Assembly (NCBI GenBank): GCA_039808985.1
Contig: JBDHUC010000001.1
Location: forward strand, 76,038 to 140,037
DNA from: Alphaproteobacteria bacterium
GTDB lineage: Bacteria > Pseudomonadota > Alphaproteobacteria > Rickettsiales > SXRF01
Reading direction: 5' to 3'
Length of the DNA stretch: 64,000 nt
Shown piece after piece: positions 62,770-64,000 of the stretch (within the stretch, counting starts at the first letter, position 1; every line of letters starts with the position of its first letter). The translations under genes and the position numbers were made by a program. The notes below the pieces were generated by a model, which was given only the letters and a program-made list of their open reading frames with translations, was not told the DNA's origin and did no database searches.

Positions 62770-64000
62770 TCAATAACGCTTGGAGATTATCATGGACACA
62801 GGGACAAGGTTAAAGCCATTTTCTTCAGACTTTGCCGCCCATGTATTTAATTGCTTAATGGTAAGCGGGTAGCTTCGGGCAATACCAACCGCATAACCGT
62901 TCTGTTTTGCAATTTGCTCAAGAAGCGAAAGTCTTGCGTCAATTCCTGTTGGTGATAGTTCCTCATCAATCAGCGTATCAGCTATAATACTTGCCGTATT
63001 TCCCTGCTCGACTATATCCTTTGTTTCATTCTTTGCCGGTTGTTTGCCTATAACCAGCAGAAGGCCACGCCCTGAAAGAACCTGCAGAAGCGATTTAAAC
63101 AGCTCATTATTACCAAGGAATGCCTCATCCTGCGGCGTAAGGAACCCTACATAGCCAGAATCACGCGCCATAAGTTTTTTGATTTTTGTTTCATTTTCCG
63201 GCTGGTCATTGGACACAAGAAGACCAAGCGGACCTGGGTCTGAAACCGGATAATTAGAGGCTTCCATCGGCAGATCCAGCATTGTTTCATGGCCGCTTAT
63301 ACGCGCCGCCGTCATCCAGCTATGCAGATCCCTGGAATATACTGACAGGCTTAAATCAACAGCTTCCGGCAGGCGCAAGGCCTGTTCACTTGTGCTTCTA
63401 TTGGTGCCAACCCCGCTTACGATTATAGCTATCATCGGCCTTTTATCTTTAAGCACAAGCGGCTTGGAATAATATTTCCATGGCTTCGTGCCATCGTTCC
63501 CGATTTTTGGCAAAGCTCCGAATTCTGTCTTATCAATTAAATTTTTAGATATATCTGCAGGTGGGGTGGTTGACGGTATAATCGTTGGCATTTGTGCATC
63601 TTCTGATGGCTCTGGCGCCGGGGTTATGGCTTCTTCAACCTGTTCTTTTGCCTGTTCCTGAATCTGGCTGTCCTGCTTAACCTGCGGTGTCGGCACGGTT
63701 TCCGCCGGTGATTCTTTAGGATGCTCGACAGTCGGTTCCGGCTCTTTGGCTGGCTGTGGCTCAGGTTCTTTTACAGGCTCGCTTTCCTTGGTTTCTTTAG
63801 CGGCAGGCTCAGGTGCCGGTGGATTCTTATCAACTGTTTCCTGCTTCTGCTTATCTGATGTTGCGTCTGCTCCTTCAGGATTTTTGGAAGAAATAATATT
63901 TCCGTATATATCGGAAGTCTCCAGAGTAACAAGCAATCTGCGCCCTGATGAGAAGGCATCGGCAGTTTCCTGCTCACTCATTAGCCAGATAAGGGCAACC
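62770..64000 (-). CDS. divergent polysaccharide deacetylase (YibQ-like), 5'-partial
   Basis: GHETMLDLPME, DPGP, GYAVGI; frame open to window edge. Confidence 0.85.
   Translation of the reverse strand, partial: VALIWLMSEQETADAFSSGRRLLVTLETSDIYGNIISSKNPEGADATSDKQKQETVDKNPPAPEPAAKETKESEPVKEPEPQPAKEPEPTVEHPKESPAETVPTPQVKQDSQIQEQAKEQVEEAITPAPEPSEDAQMPTIIPSTTPPADISKNLIDKTEFGALPKIGNDGTKPWKYYSKPLVLKDKRPMIAIIVSGVGTNRSTSEQALRLPEAVDLSLSVYSRDLHSWMTAARISGHETMLDLPMEASNYPVSDPGPLGLLVSNDQPENETKIKKLMARDSGYVGFLTPQDEAFLGNNELFKSLLQVLSGRGLLLVIGKQPAKNETKDIVEQGNTASIIADTLIDEELSPTGIDARLSLLEQIAKQNGYAVGIARSYPLTIKQLNTWAAKSEENGFNLVPVSMIISKRY

Overview
Alphaproteobacterial chromosome segment that looks like a basal or free-living Rickettsiales-type lineage (inference from an orphan virB8-virB9 pair, divK-pleD, a Tad-type ATPase, Rickettsia-palindromic-element-like repeats and intact serine, biotin, NAD, chorismate and lysine genes). 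Most of it is housekeeping: bioC/D, ispB, gpsA, nadA, serC/A, the erpA-dgt-argS-SPOR-nagZ-tat-serS-surE-pcm-nlpD block, ccmC, fdxA, carD, aroC, hpf-ptsN, tRNA-Pro, dapA-smpB, infC, thrS, sdhA, ssb and rppH. Single accessory genes are inserted between these. No integrase, transposase, reverse transcriptase or CRISPR array was seen. The unusual signals are small-scale. (1) A family of 7- or 8-nt-periodic inverted-repeat elements sits at gene junctions. (2) The 5' ends of two translation genes, thrS and tRNA-Pro, are duplicated, each directly beside one of these elements; in the thrS case an 822-aa gene has taken over the thrS start codons. (3) A short ATT/TTG-initiated uORF behind a perfect Shine-Dalgarno overlaps the infC ATG. 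(4) TA-ended RPE-like elements carry a nested hairpin doublet and cap 5'-truncated genes (PvuII-like and HPt-like). (5) A basic protein ends in six D-x-W-(G/S) repeats. All family assignments come from motif recognition, not database searches.
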